Below, one piece after another: positions 19,815 to 29,822 of a DNA stretch of 43,217 nt (positions are counted from its first letter, which is position 1; each line of letters opens with the position of its first letter). The DNA comes from Rhizobacter sp. (GTDB taxonomy: Bacteria; Pseudomonadota; Gammaproteobacteria; Burkholderiales; Burkholderiaceae_C): positions 1-43,217 of the forward strand of contig JANNKM010000435.1 in assembly GCA_031396305.1 (NCBI GenBank), read 5' to 3'. The notes under the pieces are model-generated. The model searched no databases and was not told where the DNA came from. It saw only the letters and a program-made list of their open reading frames with translations. Both the position numbers and the translations under genes were made by a program.

Positions 19815-20512
19815 GGTGCCGGCAACAAGCGCGACAGCGCCGCGCCGGCCAGCTCGCCGATGCGGCCGAGGAACTCGGTGCCCATGTCGGCGCTGTAGCG
19901 CGTGGGGTCGGGCGACGCAAGCACGAGCAGGCCGAATGCCGCGCTGGATTGCGGCAGCCGCAACGGCACGAGCGCGGTGGACATCACGGTGGCGGGTTCG
20001 GCCAGCCACTGCAAGGCCTCGAAGCCCGCGTTCACACCGCAGTACGGCGCGGACAGGCTGCTCGCAAAGGTCTTCACGTCGGCGCCGACGTCGCGCGCGA
20101 ACGCCGCATCGCCAAACGCCGGCGCCACGCCCCAGAGCCGCAGGCTGGCCTGCGGCACCATGAAGTGGTGCATCAATTCGCGCAACAGCACGTCGGGCAA
20201 CTCGGCGCTATTCGAGGTGAGCATCAGCGCGCAGGTCCAGCGGTGCAGGCGATCGGCCAAACCCAGGTTGTCCTGGCTGTGGCGAATCATCTCCATGACG
20301 CGCTGCTCCATGCCCTTGAGCTTGTCGCGCAGCATCTCCATCTGGCGCTCTTGCAGCGACACGGCACGCGTGCCATGCGGGCTGGCGAGTTGCACCGCGC
20401 CCAGAAGCTCGGCGTGGCGCTGGAAGAACTCCGGCGTGATCGCCAGGTAGTTGGCAATGTCAGCCTCGGTCACACCTCGAGTGCCAGCATGCAATCCAGT
20501 GCCCTTCATCAC
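19811..20512 (-). CDS. DUF484 family protein
   Basis: Tracked ORF. It sits in the typical position between dapF and xerC. N-terminal motif [22 protein letters not shown] at 20512 or ATG at 20509. Confidence 0.8.
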   Translation of the reverse strand: MMKGTGLHAGTRGVTEADIANYLAITPEFFQRHAELLGAVQLASPHGTRAVSLQERQMEMLRDKLKGMEQRVMEMIRHSQDNLGLADRLHRWTCALMLTSNSAELPDVLLRELMHHFMVPQASLRLWGVAPAFGDAAFARDVGADVKTFASSLSAPYCGVNAGFEALQWLAEPATVMSTALVPLRLPQSSAAFGLLVLASPDPTRYSADMGTEFLGRIGELAGAALSRLLPAP

Positions 20513-20522
20513 GGTGTTGCTC

Positions 20523-21392
20523 TCATAGTTCGATCTCTCCTTGGAAAACGGTCTGTACCGGCCCGGTCAGCAGAACATGGCTGGCCGCGCCGTGCCATTC
20601 GATCGTCAAGACGCCGCCGCGGGTTTCAACATCGACGCGTGCGTCCAGGTGGCCCAGGCGTCTGCCCGCCACCACGGCGGCGCATGCCCCGGTGCCGCAG
20701 GCCAGTGTCTCGCCGGCGCCGCGCTCATGGACGCGCAGCCGAATGCGATTGCGCGCGACGATCTGCATGAACCCCGCGTTCACCTTGCGGGGAAAACGCG
20801 GGTGCGTCTCAACGCGTGGGCCGACTGCCGCGACGGGCGCGGTGTCGACGTCGTCGACGATCTGCACGGCGTGCGGGTTGCCCATTGACAGCACCGCCAC
20901 TTCGACGTCGCGCGCAGTGTCCAAGCCACCGAGCGGCCATAACTCGAACCCGCGCTCGAACCCTGCCACGCGGCGTGGCGTCAGGCCCGCGGCGTCGAAC
21001 GGCACACGGTCGAGTTCGAACACCGGCCGGTTCATGTCCACCGTGACGCGGCCGTCGTCCTGCAAGCGCAACTCGAGCAGGTTGTTCATCGTCTCGACGC
21101 GCAGCACCCGCTTGTCGGTCAAGCCCCGGTCGCGCACGAAGTGCACGAAGCAGCGCGCACCGTTGCCGCAATGCTCGACCTCGTCGCCGCTGTTGTTGAA
21201 GATGCGGTAGCGAAAGTCCACGCCGGGCGTGGCGCTGGTCTCGACAACGAGGATCTGGTCCGCGCCCACGCCCAGGCGCCGGTCACCGAGCAGCCGGTAT
21301 TGCGCTTCGCTGAGATCGATGCGCGCCCGGGTCGCGTCGATCATGACGAAGTCGTTGCCCGCGCCTTGCATCTTGGTGAAGCGCAGTTTCAT
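20523..21392 (-). CDS. dapF: Diaminopimelate epimerase
   Basis: [20 protein letters not shown]..., catalytic Cys motifs [10 protein letters not shown] and [11 protein letters not shown]. Confidence 0.92.
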   Translation of the reverse strand: MKLRFTKMQGAGNDFVMIDATRARIDLSEAQYRLLGDRRLGVGADQILVVETSATPGVDFRYRIFNNSGDEVEHCGNGARCFVHFVRDRGLTDKRVLRVETMNNLLELRLQDDGRVTVDMNRPVFELDRVPFDAAGLTPRRVAGFERGFELWPLGGLDTARDVEVAVLSMGNPHAVQIVDDVDTAPVAAVGPRVETHPRFPRKVNAGFMQIVARNRIRLRVHERGAGETLACGTGACAAVVAGRRLGHLDARVDVETRGGVLTIEWHGAASHVLLTGPVQTVFQGEIEL

Positions 21393-21417
21393 GCGCGCGA
21401 TTATCGCTGCGTCCCTG

Positions 21418-22320
21418 TCAATACAGGGGCGGCTCGCCCGGTGGACGCGTCTTGAAGCGCCGGTGCACCCACAGGTATTGCGCCGGGTCGGCGCGCACCT
21501 GCGCTTCGATCCAGCGGTTCATGCGGGCCGTGTCGGCCAGCGCATCGGCGCTCGGGAAATCGCGCCAAGGATCGAGAAAACAGACACGATAGCCTTGCCC
21601 ACCGGGCAACATGTGCGCCAGCACGGGTTGCACGACCATGTTCAACGCACGCGCCATGCGCGAGGGTGCGAGCAAGGTCGCTGCGGTGACGCCGAAGAAC
21701 GGCACGAAGGCCGCGTCGCGCGCACCGAAGTCCATGTCGGGCAAGTTGAAGAACGCCGCGCCGCCGCGAACGGCGCGCATCAGCGGGCGCGCCGAGTCGC
21801 TGCGCGGAAACACCTCGCCCTGGCCGAAGCGCAGTCGACCCCGGCGGACCGCGGCGTCGAACGTCGGTTCGCTTTGCTGCTGGTAGATCGACACCACGTA
21901 ACGAGATTGGAAGAGCTGCGTTGCGGCACCGGCAACGTCGAGCGCGATGAAGTGCGGCACGAGCCACATCACGGCGCGGTCGCTGCGCTGCGCGAGATGC
22001 ACGTCACCCTCGACGTGGATCAGCCGCTTCAAACGTTGCGGCGACGCATGCCAGAGCAGGCCACGCTCGAGAATGCTGCGCCCGAGCCACTGGAAGTGTT
22101 CGCGGGCAAGGCGCCGGCGAGCCGCGTCGCCCAACTCGGGAACGCACAGCTCGAGGTTGCGCAGCGCGGTATGCCGTCTTGACCGCGCCGCTGCGTACAA
22201 CAGCCCGCCCAGGCCGCGGCCGAGTGGCGCGAGCAAAGGCAGCGGCAGCCAGTGCAGCAGCCACAACAGACTCAATACGACGCGCGCCCCGAAGGCCCGA
22301 ACCAGCGAGGAGGAGGTCAT
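21418..22320 (-). CDS. Lipid A biosynthesis lauroyl/myristoyl acyltransferase family protein (LpxL/HtrB-like)
   Basis: Tracked ORF. HFIALD (HX4D-type acyltransferase motif) and C-terminal [12 protein letters not shown]. The start overlaps the upstream paralog's stop (ATGA at 22317-22320). Confidence 0.8.
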   Translation of the reverse strand: MTSSSLVRAFGARVVLSLLWLLHWLPLPLLAPLGRGLGGLLYAAARSRRHTALRNLELCVPELGDAARRRLAREHFQWLGRSILERGLLWHASPQRLKRLIHVEGDVHLAQRSDRAVMWLVPHFIALDVAGAATQLFQSRYVVSIYQQQSEPTFDAAVRRGRLRFGQGEVFPRSDSARPLMRAVRGGAAFFNLPDMDFGARDAAFVPFFGVTAATLLAPSRMARALNMVVQPVLAHMLPGGQGYRVCFLDPWRDFPSADALADTARMNRWIEAQVRADPAQYLWVHRRFKTRPPGEPPLY

Positions 22321-23192
22321 TCGATGCCGGCGTCGTCGGCCGCGCGCGGTTGTTTATAGCGGTGATAGCCCCAGAGGTACTGCTGTGGGCACTGCAGGAT
22401 CAACCGCTCCATGGCGCGGTTGATCACGGTGACGGACTGCACCTGTTCTTTCGCGTCCTGCGGCAGCGCTTCGTCCAGGGGCATGAAATGCACCGTGAAG
22501 CCGCGTCCCGCGGCCAGGCGTTCACCCCACACCAGCAACGGCACGGCGCCGGTTTGCTGCACGAGGCGCGCCGCGAGCGTCATCGTGTAGGCCGGCTTGC
22601 CGAAGAACGGCGCCCACACGCCCATGCCGTCGGGCGGCACCTGGTCGGGCAGCAGGCCCACTGACTCGCCGCGGCGCAGCGCGCGCATCAATTGGCGCAC
22701 GCCCGCCAGAGTGGCTGGCGCCGTGGCCACCCCGGGACGCGCGCGCGCGTTGTCCATCAGATCGCGCAACACGGCCTTGCGCGCCTGGCGGTACAGCACC
22801 GTGATCGGGCCGTGCTGTGCGCTGAACCGCTCGGCAATCGCCTGCGCCGTGATCTCGAAGCAGCCCATGTGCGGCGTGAGGAAAACGATGCCGCGCCCCT
22901 TCGCGTGCGCGGCTTCGACCAGCTCGGTGCCGAGCAGCAGCGGTGCGGGTTGAATCGGCATGCCTGCCGGACGCAGCCACAGGTAAGGCATTTCCAACAA
23001 CACGCGGCCGGCTTGCGCGATCGCCGGGCGAGATTGCGCACTCGACACGCCGGCTTGGCTGGCGTTGGCGACGAAGCGGCGCCGATAGGTCGGCGAGACC
23101 GCATAGGCAATCCAGCCCAGCGCCGCGCCCGCGCCGTGAAGCAGCCACAACGGTTGGCGCGAAAGCCATCGAGCAAGTGCGTGCATCCCCAC
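22317..23192 (-). CDS. Second lipid A late acyltransferase family protein (LpxL/LpxM-like)
   Basis: Tracked ORF. PHMGCFE (H-x4-E variant at the HX4D position) and C-terminal PQQYLWGYHRYK. GTG at 23192 or ATG at 23186. Confidence 0.8.
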   Translation of the reverse strand: MGMHALARWLSRQPLWLLHGAGAALGWIAYAVSPTYRRRFVANASQAGVSSAQSRPAIAQAGRVLLEMPYLWLRPAGMPIQPAPLLLGTELVEAAHAKGRGIVFLTPHMGCFEITAQAIAERFSAQHGPITVLYRQARKAVLRDLMDNARARPGVATAPATLAGVRQLMRALRRGESVGLLPDQVPPDGMGVWAPFFGKPAYTMTLAARLVQQTGAVPLLVWGERLAAGRGFTVHFMPLDEALPQDAKEQVQSVTVINRAMERLILQCPQQYLWGYHRYKQPRAADDAGIE

Positions 23193-23379
23193 AGATATTC
23201 CTATAATCGCCGCGTCGCCGAGTTAATGAACTACTTGCGGGGCGACGCACGGAGCAGCGCTTGCCGCTTGTGCCGGGCAGCGAGTTCACTCGCGGCCCAA
23301 CAAATTCCGCTAAAGCGTTCGCCGCTCCTCCCTCACACCCAGGCCGGCAACGCAACCTGCAACTTGAAGGAGTTTAAGA
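23193..23379 (+). promoter_or_regulatory. metK promoter/leader: perfect TATAAT (23202-23207) followed by a ~165-nt GC-rich structured leader
   Basis: TATAAT is read directly; the -35 is poor. Hairpins: gcgtcgcc (23212-23219) with ggcgacgc (23241-23248); cgcttgcc/ggcagcg around 23258-23281; gcgag/ctcgc around 23280-23293. GAAGGAG RBS at 23366-23372. Confidence 0.3.
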
Positions 23380-24558
23380 GTGGCCAACGATTTCCTGTTC
23401 ACATCCGAGTCAGTCTCTGAAGGTCACCCTGACAAGGTCGCCGATCAGATCTCCGACGCGATTCTCGACGCGATCTTCAAGCAAGACCCGCGTTCGCGTG
23501 TCGCCGCCGAAACGCTGTGCAACACCGGTCTGGTGGTGCTGGCCGGCGAGATCACGACGAACGCGCATGTCGACTACATCCAGGTCGCGCGCGACACGAT
23601 CAAGCGCATCGGCTACGACAACACCGAATACGGCATCGACTACAAGGGCTGCGCCGTGATGGTCTGCTACGACAAGCAGAGCAACGACATCGCACAAGGC
23701 GTGGACCACGCAAGCGACGACCACCTCAACACCGGCGCCGGTGATCAGGGCCTGATGTTCGGCTACGCCTGCGACGAGACGCCCGAGCTGATGCCAGCGC
23801 CGATTTACTACGCGCACCGCCTCGTCGAGCGCCAGGCGCAGTTGCGCAAAGACGGCCGGCTGCCGTTCCTGCGGCCCGATGCGAAGAGCCAGGTGACGAT
23901 GCGCTACGTGGATGGGAAACCGCATTCGATCGATACCGTGGTGCTGTCGAGCCAGCACGCGCCCGAGATGAGCGACGGCAAGAAGATGCTGCCCGCGTTC
24001 ATCGAAGCCGTGATCGAGGAAATCATCAAACCGGTGTTGCCGAAGGCCTGGCTGAAGGACACCAAGTACCTGATCAACCCGACGGGCCGCTTCGTCATCG
24101 GCGGCCCGCAAGGCGACTGCGGCCTGACCGGGCGCAAGATCATCGTCGACACCTATGGCGGCGCCTGCCCGCACGGCGGCGGTGCGTTCAGCGGCAAGGA
24201 TCCGAGCAAGGTGGACCGCTCGGCGGCGTACGCGGCGCGCTATGTCGCGAAGAACATCGTTGCAGCGGGCATCGCCAAACAGTGCCAGATCCAGGTCGCC
24301 TATGCGATCGGCGTGGCCCGGCCGATGAACGTCACGGTGTACACCGAAGGCACGGGCAAGATCAGCGACGAGAAGATCGCGGCGCTGGTCAACGAACACT
24401 TCGACTTGCGCCCCAGGGGCATCATCCAGATGCTCGACCTGCTGCGACCGATCTACGAGAAGACCGCCGCCTATGGCCACTTCGGCCGCGAAGAGCCCGA
24501 GTTCACCTGGGAGCGTACGGACCAGGCGAAGGCACTTCGCGCCGCGGCAGGGTTGTAG
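23380..24558 (+). CDS. metK: S-adenosylmethionine synthetase
   Basis: (M)[30 protein letters not shown]..., [34 protein letters not shown] start. Confidence 0.95.
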   Translation: MANDFLFTSESVSEGHPDKVADQISDAILDAIFKQDPRSRVAAETLCNTGLVVLAGEITTNAHVDYIQVARDTIKRIGYDNTEYGIDYKGCAVMVCYDKQSNDIAQGVDHASDDHLNTGAGDQGLMFGYACDETPELMPAPIYYAHRLVERQAQLRKDGRLPFLRPDAKSQVTMRYVDGKPHSIDTVVLSSQHAPEMSDGKKMLPAFIEAVIEEIIKPVLPKAWLKDTKYLINPTGRFVIGGPQGDCGLTGRKIIVDTYGGACPHGGGAFSGKDPSKVDRSAAYAARYVAKNIVAAGIAKQCQIQVAYAIGVARPMNVTVYTEGTGKISDEKIAALVNEHFDLRPRGIIQMLDLLRPIYEKTAAYGHFGREEPEFTWERTDQAKALRAAAGL

Positions 24559-24614
24559 GCCGAATCAGGTTTGGTTTGCCATGCGCCGCGAGCCCGGCGC
24601 GCGGCCTGCCGGGC

Positions 24615-25505
24615 TCAGCTCGGCGCGCCCCGCGCCGTGATCACCCGGTTCATCCATGCCGCCGATTTGCTTGCCGCGCCGAAGCTGAACAGGTGCGCGC
24701 CGACGACATTGCAGTTGGCGTGACGCAAGCAGTACTGCGCCACTGCGCTGAGCTGCTCGCTCGGCTCGGTGTGCATGAACAGCCGTACCGCGCCCATGCC
24801 TTGCGCACCCATGGCACGCAGCGACGCACTCACGCCGCAGCGTTGCGCAAACCGCAGCAGCGTGGCCGCATTCGTCGGCCCGGCCATGCCCACGTATACC
24901 GGTACCTCGGGGGCCTTGCGCGCCAGTTCGCTGCAATACTCGACGATGCGCGCCGGGGCGAACGAGAACTGGGTGACGATCGATGCACTCAGGCCTTGGG
25001 CCTGCGCCAGCGCCAGCTTGTCGCTGAGCGCCCGGTCGAGCACGGCCTGCGGGATACGCGGGTGCCCTTCCGGATAGCCCGGCAGGCCCAGCTCGCGCAG
25101 GCCGTTTTCGGCAAGGATGCCGTCGCGCAGTACGTCCAAGCCGTCGGCGTAGGGCCCCACGGGCTGGGGGTCGTCTCCGCCGATCAGCAACACCTTTCGC
25201 ACGCCCGCGTCGCGCACCGCTTGAGTCAGAAATGCATGCAGTTCGTCGCGTGAACCGACGCGCCGCGCGGCGATGTGCGGCACCGGCTCGAGCCCGGCGG
25301 CCCGCACGCTGGTCAACGCGGCCAGGGACTGAGCGAGACCATGGTTCGGCAGGTGGTTCACGTAAACGCGCGTTCCGGAAGGCAGCAACCCGGCGACGGC
25401 CATTGCGTCGCCCACGCGTTCGGGGCTCATCTCGAGCGAGCCGCCGATCATCAGGTCGGCCTCGCAGTCGGCCTGCCTGCCGGGTGCCGCGGTGTCGGTG
25501 ATCAT
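24615..25505 (-). CDS. Methylenetetrahydrofolate reductase-like (MetF-fold) protein, non-canonical paralog
   Basis: ORF 24615..25871 trimmed to the ATG at 25505 (MITDTAAPG...). MTHFR-like landmarks in order: VPHIAARRV, VLLIGGDD, GYPEGHP, IVTQFSF, VYVGMAGP. It is distinct from the canonical metF at 32245. Confidence 0.65.
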   Translation of the reverse strand: MITDTAAPGRQADCEADLMIGGSLEMSPERVGDAMAVAGLLPSGTRVYVNHLPNHGLAQSLAALTSVRAAGLEPVPHIAARRVGSRDELHAFLTQAVRDAGVRKVLLIGGDDPQPVGPYADGLDVLRDGILAENGLRELGLPGYPEGHPRIPQAVLDRALSDKLALAQAQGLSASIVTQFSFAPARIVEYCSELARKAPEVPVYVGMAGPTNAATLLRFAQRCGVSASLRAMGAQGMGAVRLFMHTEPSEQLSAVAQYCLRHANCNVVGAHLFSFGAASKSAAWMNRVITARGAPS

Positions 25506-25519
25506 CGGTGTCAATGCCT

Positions 25520-26746
25520 TCAGCGCCGCTTGCAGGCGACGACGAACGATTCGTCGTTGAACCACAGGCCGCCGTGCTTCTTCAGCACCGCCTGCGTGGC
25601 GTCGAGATAGGCACCGGTGGTGACCACGGCGTCGAGCATTTCGTCGGGGATCTGGTTCACATAGATCGCCGCGTTCCAGGCCGCGAAAAGAGTCGAGGTG
25701 CCGACGCGTTCGCCGATTTCCGACGGCAGTGTGTGCATCTGGTAGCGAAACAGCGCCTTGTCGTCGGCGGGCGGGGTCAGCGTGTAGTCGCGTGCGTCGT
25801 GTCCCAGCTCGGCCTTCAGCGCCTTCAGCAACTCGTGGCGGCCCACGCGAAACGGCGACTCGTCGGGCCACAACGCCTGGATGATTTCCAGCGCCGGATC
25901 GCGTCCGTACGACTGGATCGTCAACAGCCGACCGCCCGGCGCCAGACTGCGCACCAGGGGTGCGAGGATCTTTTGCGCCTTGAACTGCGCGGCAGTGCGC
26001 GCACGCCAGGGCTGCGACGCCAGGATGAGGTCGTAGTCGCCGCGCGTCTGGCCGGGTTTGGGAATCACGCTGTCGAGCAGGAACTTGTAGTCTTCGCGAT
26101 AGACGACGAGCACCGTCGGCCGTGCATACACCGGGTTGCCGGTATTCGGGCTCGGTTTGGTCTGCCAGCCGTGCGAGAGCATCGGCCCCAGCGCGCCGAT
26201 CTGCTCTTCGTATTCGTGCGCCGAATGGCCGGTCAGGCGCACCGTCTGCCAGTTCAGTGCCGCCGCGGCCGTCACGTCGCGCGGCATCAGACGCGGCGCC
26301 TCGGAGTAGTTGAGGTTGGTGATGACGAGCACGGTGTGCGGGTGCTCGAAGAATCGATCCGCCATCTTGTCCAGGCCCAGACGCACGTCTTCCAGGCTGA
26401 TCTCCTTGGCCACCACCAGCAACGGCACGGTCGGAAACTGCCGGTGCGTGCTGCGCATCAATCTGGCGAGCACGGTCGCGTCACCCATGCCGGCGTCAAA
26501 GATGCGCAGGCACGGCGGCGAGGGATGCAACTGCTTCAACTCGAGCGCGGCGCGTGCCGCGACGGCGGCCTTTTCGTTGCACGTGTTGACAAAGGCCAGG
26601 TACTTCTGGCGGTTGTCGTAGAAGCGAAACGGCGGCGATGCGACTTGCTGCGGTGCCGCAGGCGGCGCATCGCGTCCCAGTGCGGGCTTCGCAGCCGCGC
26701 GCCTTTCGTGCACTTCGATGACGGAGGGGGTGCCTGTGCTTGTCAT
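25520..26746 (-). CDS. Uncharacterised protein with a class I SAM-methyltransferase-like core
   Basis: ORF 25520..27097 trimmed to the ATG at 26746, preceded by a GGAGG RBS about 7 nt upstream. Motif-I-like RIFDAGMGDATVL, then VVAKEISLEDV, DLILASQPW, LAPGGRLLTIQSYG. There are 14 nt between its stop and the MTHFR-like start. Confidence 0.5.
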   Translation of the reverse strand: MTSTGTPSVIEVHERRAAAKPALGRDAPPAAPQQVASPPFRFYDNRQKYLAFVNTCNEKAAVAARAALELKQLHPSPPCLRIFDAGMGDATVLARLMRSTHRQFPTVPLLVVAKEISLEDVRLGLDKMADRFFEHPHTVLVITNLNYSEAPRLMPRDVTAAAALNWQTVRLTGHSAHEYEEQIGALGPMLSHGWQTKPSPNTGNPVYARPTVLVVYREDYKFLLDSVIPKPGQTRGDYDLILASQPWRARTAAQFKAQKILAPLVRSLAPGGRLLTIQSYGRDPALEIIQALWPDESPFRVGRHELLKALKAELGHDARDYTLTPPADDKALFRYQMHTLPSEIGERVGTSTLFAAWNAAIYVNQIPDEMLDAVVTTGAYLDATQAVLKKHGGLWFNDESFVVACKRR

Positions 26747-26845
26747 CGAAACCTCCGCATGGTGCCCAGCGAAAGCCAGGCCACTGGCGGCCGGCTCGAG
26801 CGCTGCGTGGCATGCAGTATGCCGTGCATCGGCGGCAACAGTTGA

Positions 26846-27079
26846 CCATCGCAGCCGCAGGATTTCACGAGCGGGCCGCGCGGCGTTCGGTCGGCGGCGC
26901 TGGCGGCCGAAGGCATCGCCAAGGCGAACCAGATCATCAACCAGAGCCTGACGCGCGAGTACCCGCAGCATGAGTCGAGCCTGACGCTGCAAAAATTCGC
27001 CGAGAAGGGCGGCACAAGCACGGTGGTGATTCCCGCCAACATGCCGACGACGCCGCGGATCAGCATCGGCGCGAAGTGA
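26846..27079 (+). pseudogene. 3-prime remnant of an SPFH/band-7 (prohibitin/HflC-like) gene, no start codon
   Basis: The frame is open from 26846 to the TGA at 27077-27079, with no ATG/GTG/TTG-initiated ORF long enough for the track. It reads ...AALAAEGIAKANQIINQSLTREYPQHESSLTLQKFAEKGGTSTVVIPANMPTTPRISIGAK, which resembles C-termini of SPFH-domain proteins. Confidence 0.45.
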
Positions 27080-27106
27080 CGTGGCGCGGGCGGTCACGCT
27101 ATCGAA

Positions 27107-27769
27107 TCAACGCCAGGCGAAAGCCGGCTGGTCGAAGTGCGCGACGCGGGTCGCCCGCCCGCACAGGCACCACTCGCGAAACTGGTAGAGAAACGCCGCG
27201 GTCGGTGCGGCGATCCAGGTGTCGCCGATGGGCATGCGCAGCACCGGGTGTTTTGCGCCCCGCACCTGGTTGAGCAGCGGGGCGTCGTCGCGCAGCAGTT
27301 CGCGCGTCGCAATGCGGTGGATCGCCGCCACCTCGGCGGCGTTGGCCACGACATCGCGCGCCGGCCCGGCCCAGACGACGACCGGTGTGATCACATAGCC
27401 CGAGCGCGTCGCATAGTCATCGAGCCTACCGAGTACCGCCGCGGCGTCCAGCGCCAGGCCGACTTCCTCGGCCAGCTCGCGCAGCGCCGCCTGCTCGGGC
27501 GTCTCTCCTGCGTCGACGCGCCCGCCCGGCATCGCCCACTGCCCGGCGTGGCTGCGCAGGCCCGCGGCGCGCTGCGTGAGCAGCAGGGCAGGTGCGTCGC
27601 TCCACGTCGCGTGGCGCGGCAGTCCCGGCACGTCTGCGCCATGTCCTTCCTCCGTCACGGCAACGGCAACGGCTGCGCGGCGCCTCCCCGCGGTCTCGAG
27701 CGGGAGCACGGTGAAACTGGACAGGCGCTGCTGCAACTCCCGTGCGGAAGCGATGGACTGGGTGGCCAT
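27107..27769 (-). CDS. NUDIX hydrolase (CoA pyrophosphatase-like)
   Basis: Nudix box GGRVDAGETPEQAALRELAEEVG. ATG at 27769 is preferred over the TTG at 27799. Confidence 0.8.
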   Translation of the reverse strand: MATQSIASARELQQRLSSFTVLPLETAGRRRAAVAVAVTEEGHGADVPGLPRHATWSDAPALLLTQRAAGLRSHAGQWAMPGGRVDAGETPEQAALRELAEEVGLALDAAAVLGRLDDYATRSGYVITPVVVWAGPARDVVANAAEVAAIHRIATRELLRDDAPLLNQVRGAKHPVLRMPIGDTWIAAPTAAFLYQFREWCLCGRATRVAHFDQPAFAWR

Positions 27770-27847
27770 GGGCAAAGCATAGGGCCGCTTGCCCGGCAAG
27801 GCTGAACCGGAAGCACCTATCGCGTCTCACTCAGGCATCATCCGCAG

Positions 27848-29035
27848 ATGCCCGCGCAATTGACGCTTGAGAATTTGCGCCAGTACGCTGTGGCGCGAAG
27901 CCTGTTCGCCCCCACGAGCCTGGCGCGCGCGATTGCCAGACTCGGCTTCGTGCAGGCCGACCCGATCCGCGCGCCGGCACGCGCGCAGGATCTGCTGCTG
28001 CGCCATCGGGTCAAGGAGTACCGAGCCGGCGACCTGGAGCGCAGCTATCCCAAGCTCGAAGTCGAAGAGGACTTTTTCGTCAACTACGGCTTCCTGCCAC
28101 GCGCGACGCACCACCTGATGCACCCACGCACACCGCACACGGTGTGGGCGAAGTCGCGCTGGGCGCAAGCGCACGCCGTGCTCGACTTCGTGCGCGAGCG
28201 CGGCGTCGTGCATCCGCGCGAAGTCGACGCGCATTTTGCGCACGGCAAGGTGCGCAACTGGTTCGGCGGTTCGAGCAATGCGAGCACCCAACTGCTTGAC
28301 GACATGCACTACCGCGGGCTGGTTCGCATCGCGCGACGCGAAGGTGGCGTGCGCCTGTACGCGCCGCGCGATGCGCAGCCGCCGGCCGCCGACCCGGCAG
28401 CGGTTCTGGATCAGTTGGTCGATGTGGTCGTGCACAAGTACGCGCCGTTGCCGGCACGCAGCCTGAGCGAACTGATCAGCCACCTGCGCAGCGCCGCACC
28501 CCAGTGGGCACACCTGCGCGCTGCGGCACTGGCGCGGGCCAAGGCGCGCCTGCCGCATGCCGATCTCGACGGCGTGACCTGGTATTGGCCCGCGAGTGAA
28601 GACCCGACCTCGAAGCGCCACGAAGCCATCGAGGCGGTGCGCTTGCTCTCCCCTTTCGACCCGATCGTCTGGGACCGGCGACGCTTCGAATTGCTGTGGG
28701 GCTGGGCCTACCGGTTCGAGGCCTACACACCGGCGCCCAAGCGCGTGCGCGGCTACTACGCGCTGCCGCTGCTGTGGCGCGACAAGGTGCTGGGCTGGGC
28801 GAACGCATCGGCCAATGACGGCCGCCTCGTCGTCGAAGCCGGCTACGTGACGGGGCGCGCGCCGCGCGCTGCGGCATTTCGCGCGGCGCTCGACGCAGAG
28901 GTCGAACGCCTGCGAGATTTCTTGTCGCTTCAAGAGCCTGTCGGGCCGGGGGCCGGGCTCCTGCGGGTCCGAGCGGCAATCAGTGCGTCTGCCACCTCGG
29001 CAAAGCCGGTGCCACGCTCGCCCGCCGTCAGATAG
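27848..29035 (+). CDS. Winged-helix DNA-binding protein, YcaQ/AlkZ-like (DUF1006) putative crosslink-repair DNA glycosylase
   Basis: Tracked ORF. Family-like segments LGFVQADPIRAPARAQDLLLRHRV, SPFDPIVWDRRRFELLWGWAYRFEAYTPAPKRVRGYYALPLL. The tail overlaps the convergent HAD gene. Confidence 0.7.
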   Translation: MPAQLTLENLRQYAVARSLFAPTSLARAIARLGFVQADPIRAPARAQDLLLRHRVKEYRAGDLERSYPKLEVEEDFFVNYGFLPRATHHLMHPRTPHTVWAKSRWAQAHAVLDFVRERGVVHPREVDAHFAHGKVRNWFGGSSNASTQLLDDMHYRGLVRIARREGGVRLYAPRDAQPPAADPAAVLDQLVDVVVHKYAPLPARSLSELISHLRSAAPQWAHLRAAALARAKARLPHADLDGVTWYWPASEDPTSKRHEAIEAVRLLSPFDPIVWDRRRFELLWGWAYRFEAYTPAPKRVRGYYALPLLWRDKVLGWANASANDGRLVVEAGYVTGRAPRAAAFRAALDAEVERLRDFLSLQEPVGPGAGLLRVRAAISASATSAKPVPRSPAVR

Positions 29036-29763
29036 GCAGGCCAGGTGATCAGCTCCGATTCGAAGCGCATCAGGTTCGCCACACCCACGCTCAAATCAAA
29101 ATGGCCGAACATGAGCTGGTCGTTCGTCGAGTCGCCCACGTAGGCCCAGCGCGCGACTTCGGCGTCGAGGTCTCGCCCGAGCAGGCGTCTCACGATCCAG
29201 CGCGCGCCGCTGAGTTTGTGATGCTCGCCGAACCAGCCGTTGATGTGGATCGAGCTGACGGTGGCGTTCATGCCGCGCGCGCGCAGCAGGCCGACGATGC
29301 GTTCGATGACGGACGGCGGCAGGTGCGCGTGTTCGCTGTGATCGATGGCGATGTCAGTGATCCGGCCGGCGCTGTCGCTGGCCAGGCGTGCCTGGGGCAC
29401 GTCGCGCAGCACGGCGTCGGTTGCCTCGCGCAAACGCAGCGCATTGCGTTCGCGCGTCGGGGCGTCCTGGGCGTACTCAATCCGCAACTCGCCGGCCTCG
29501 CGAAACAGCGCGACCGCGCCGTTTTCCGCGACGACTGCGGCCACCGGCCAGGCCCGCGCGAACGGCTCGCTCCAGCCCATCGGCCGGCCGGTGATGGCAA
29601 TCACGGGCAGGCGTGCCGCCGCCAGGCGCTCCAGCGCCGCGAGCGCCGCGGCCTCAAGGGCACCGTCGCGGGTCAAGGTGTCGTCAATGTCGGTCAGCAC
29701 CCCGGCGACGCCGCGCAACCGGTGCGCCGGGCAGGTCGACCAAGGAGCAACTGACACCGCCAT
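28930..29763 (-). CDS. HAD-IIB family hydrolase (sugar-phosphate phosphatase-like)
   Basis: ORF 28930..29871 trimmed to the ATG at 29763. Motif [15 protein letters not shown], and the late motif [12 protein letters not shown]. Confidence 0.75.
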   Translation of the reverse strand: MAVSVAPWSTCPAHRLRGVAGVLTDIDDTLTRDGALEAAALAALERLAAARLPVIAITGRPMGWSEPFARAWPVAAVVAENGAVALFREAGELRIEYAQDAPTRERNALRLREATDAVLRDVPQARLASDSAGRITDIAIDHSEHAHLPPSVIERIVGLLRARGMNATVSSIHINGWFGEHHKLSGARWIVRRLLGRDLDAEVARWAYVGDSTNDQLMFGHFDLSVGVANLMRFESELITWPAYLTAGERGTGFAEVADALIAARTRRSPAPGPTGS

Positions 29764-29822
29764 GCGCGAAGTGTGCCTGGGTTCACGCGACGTGCTGCCT
29801 GAGCTGGCTACAATGCGGGCCT

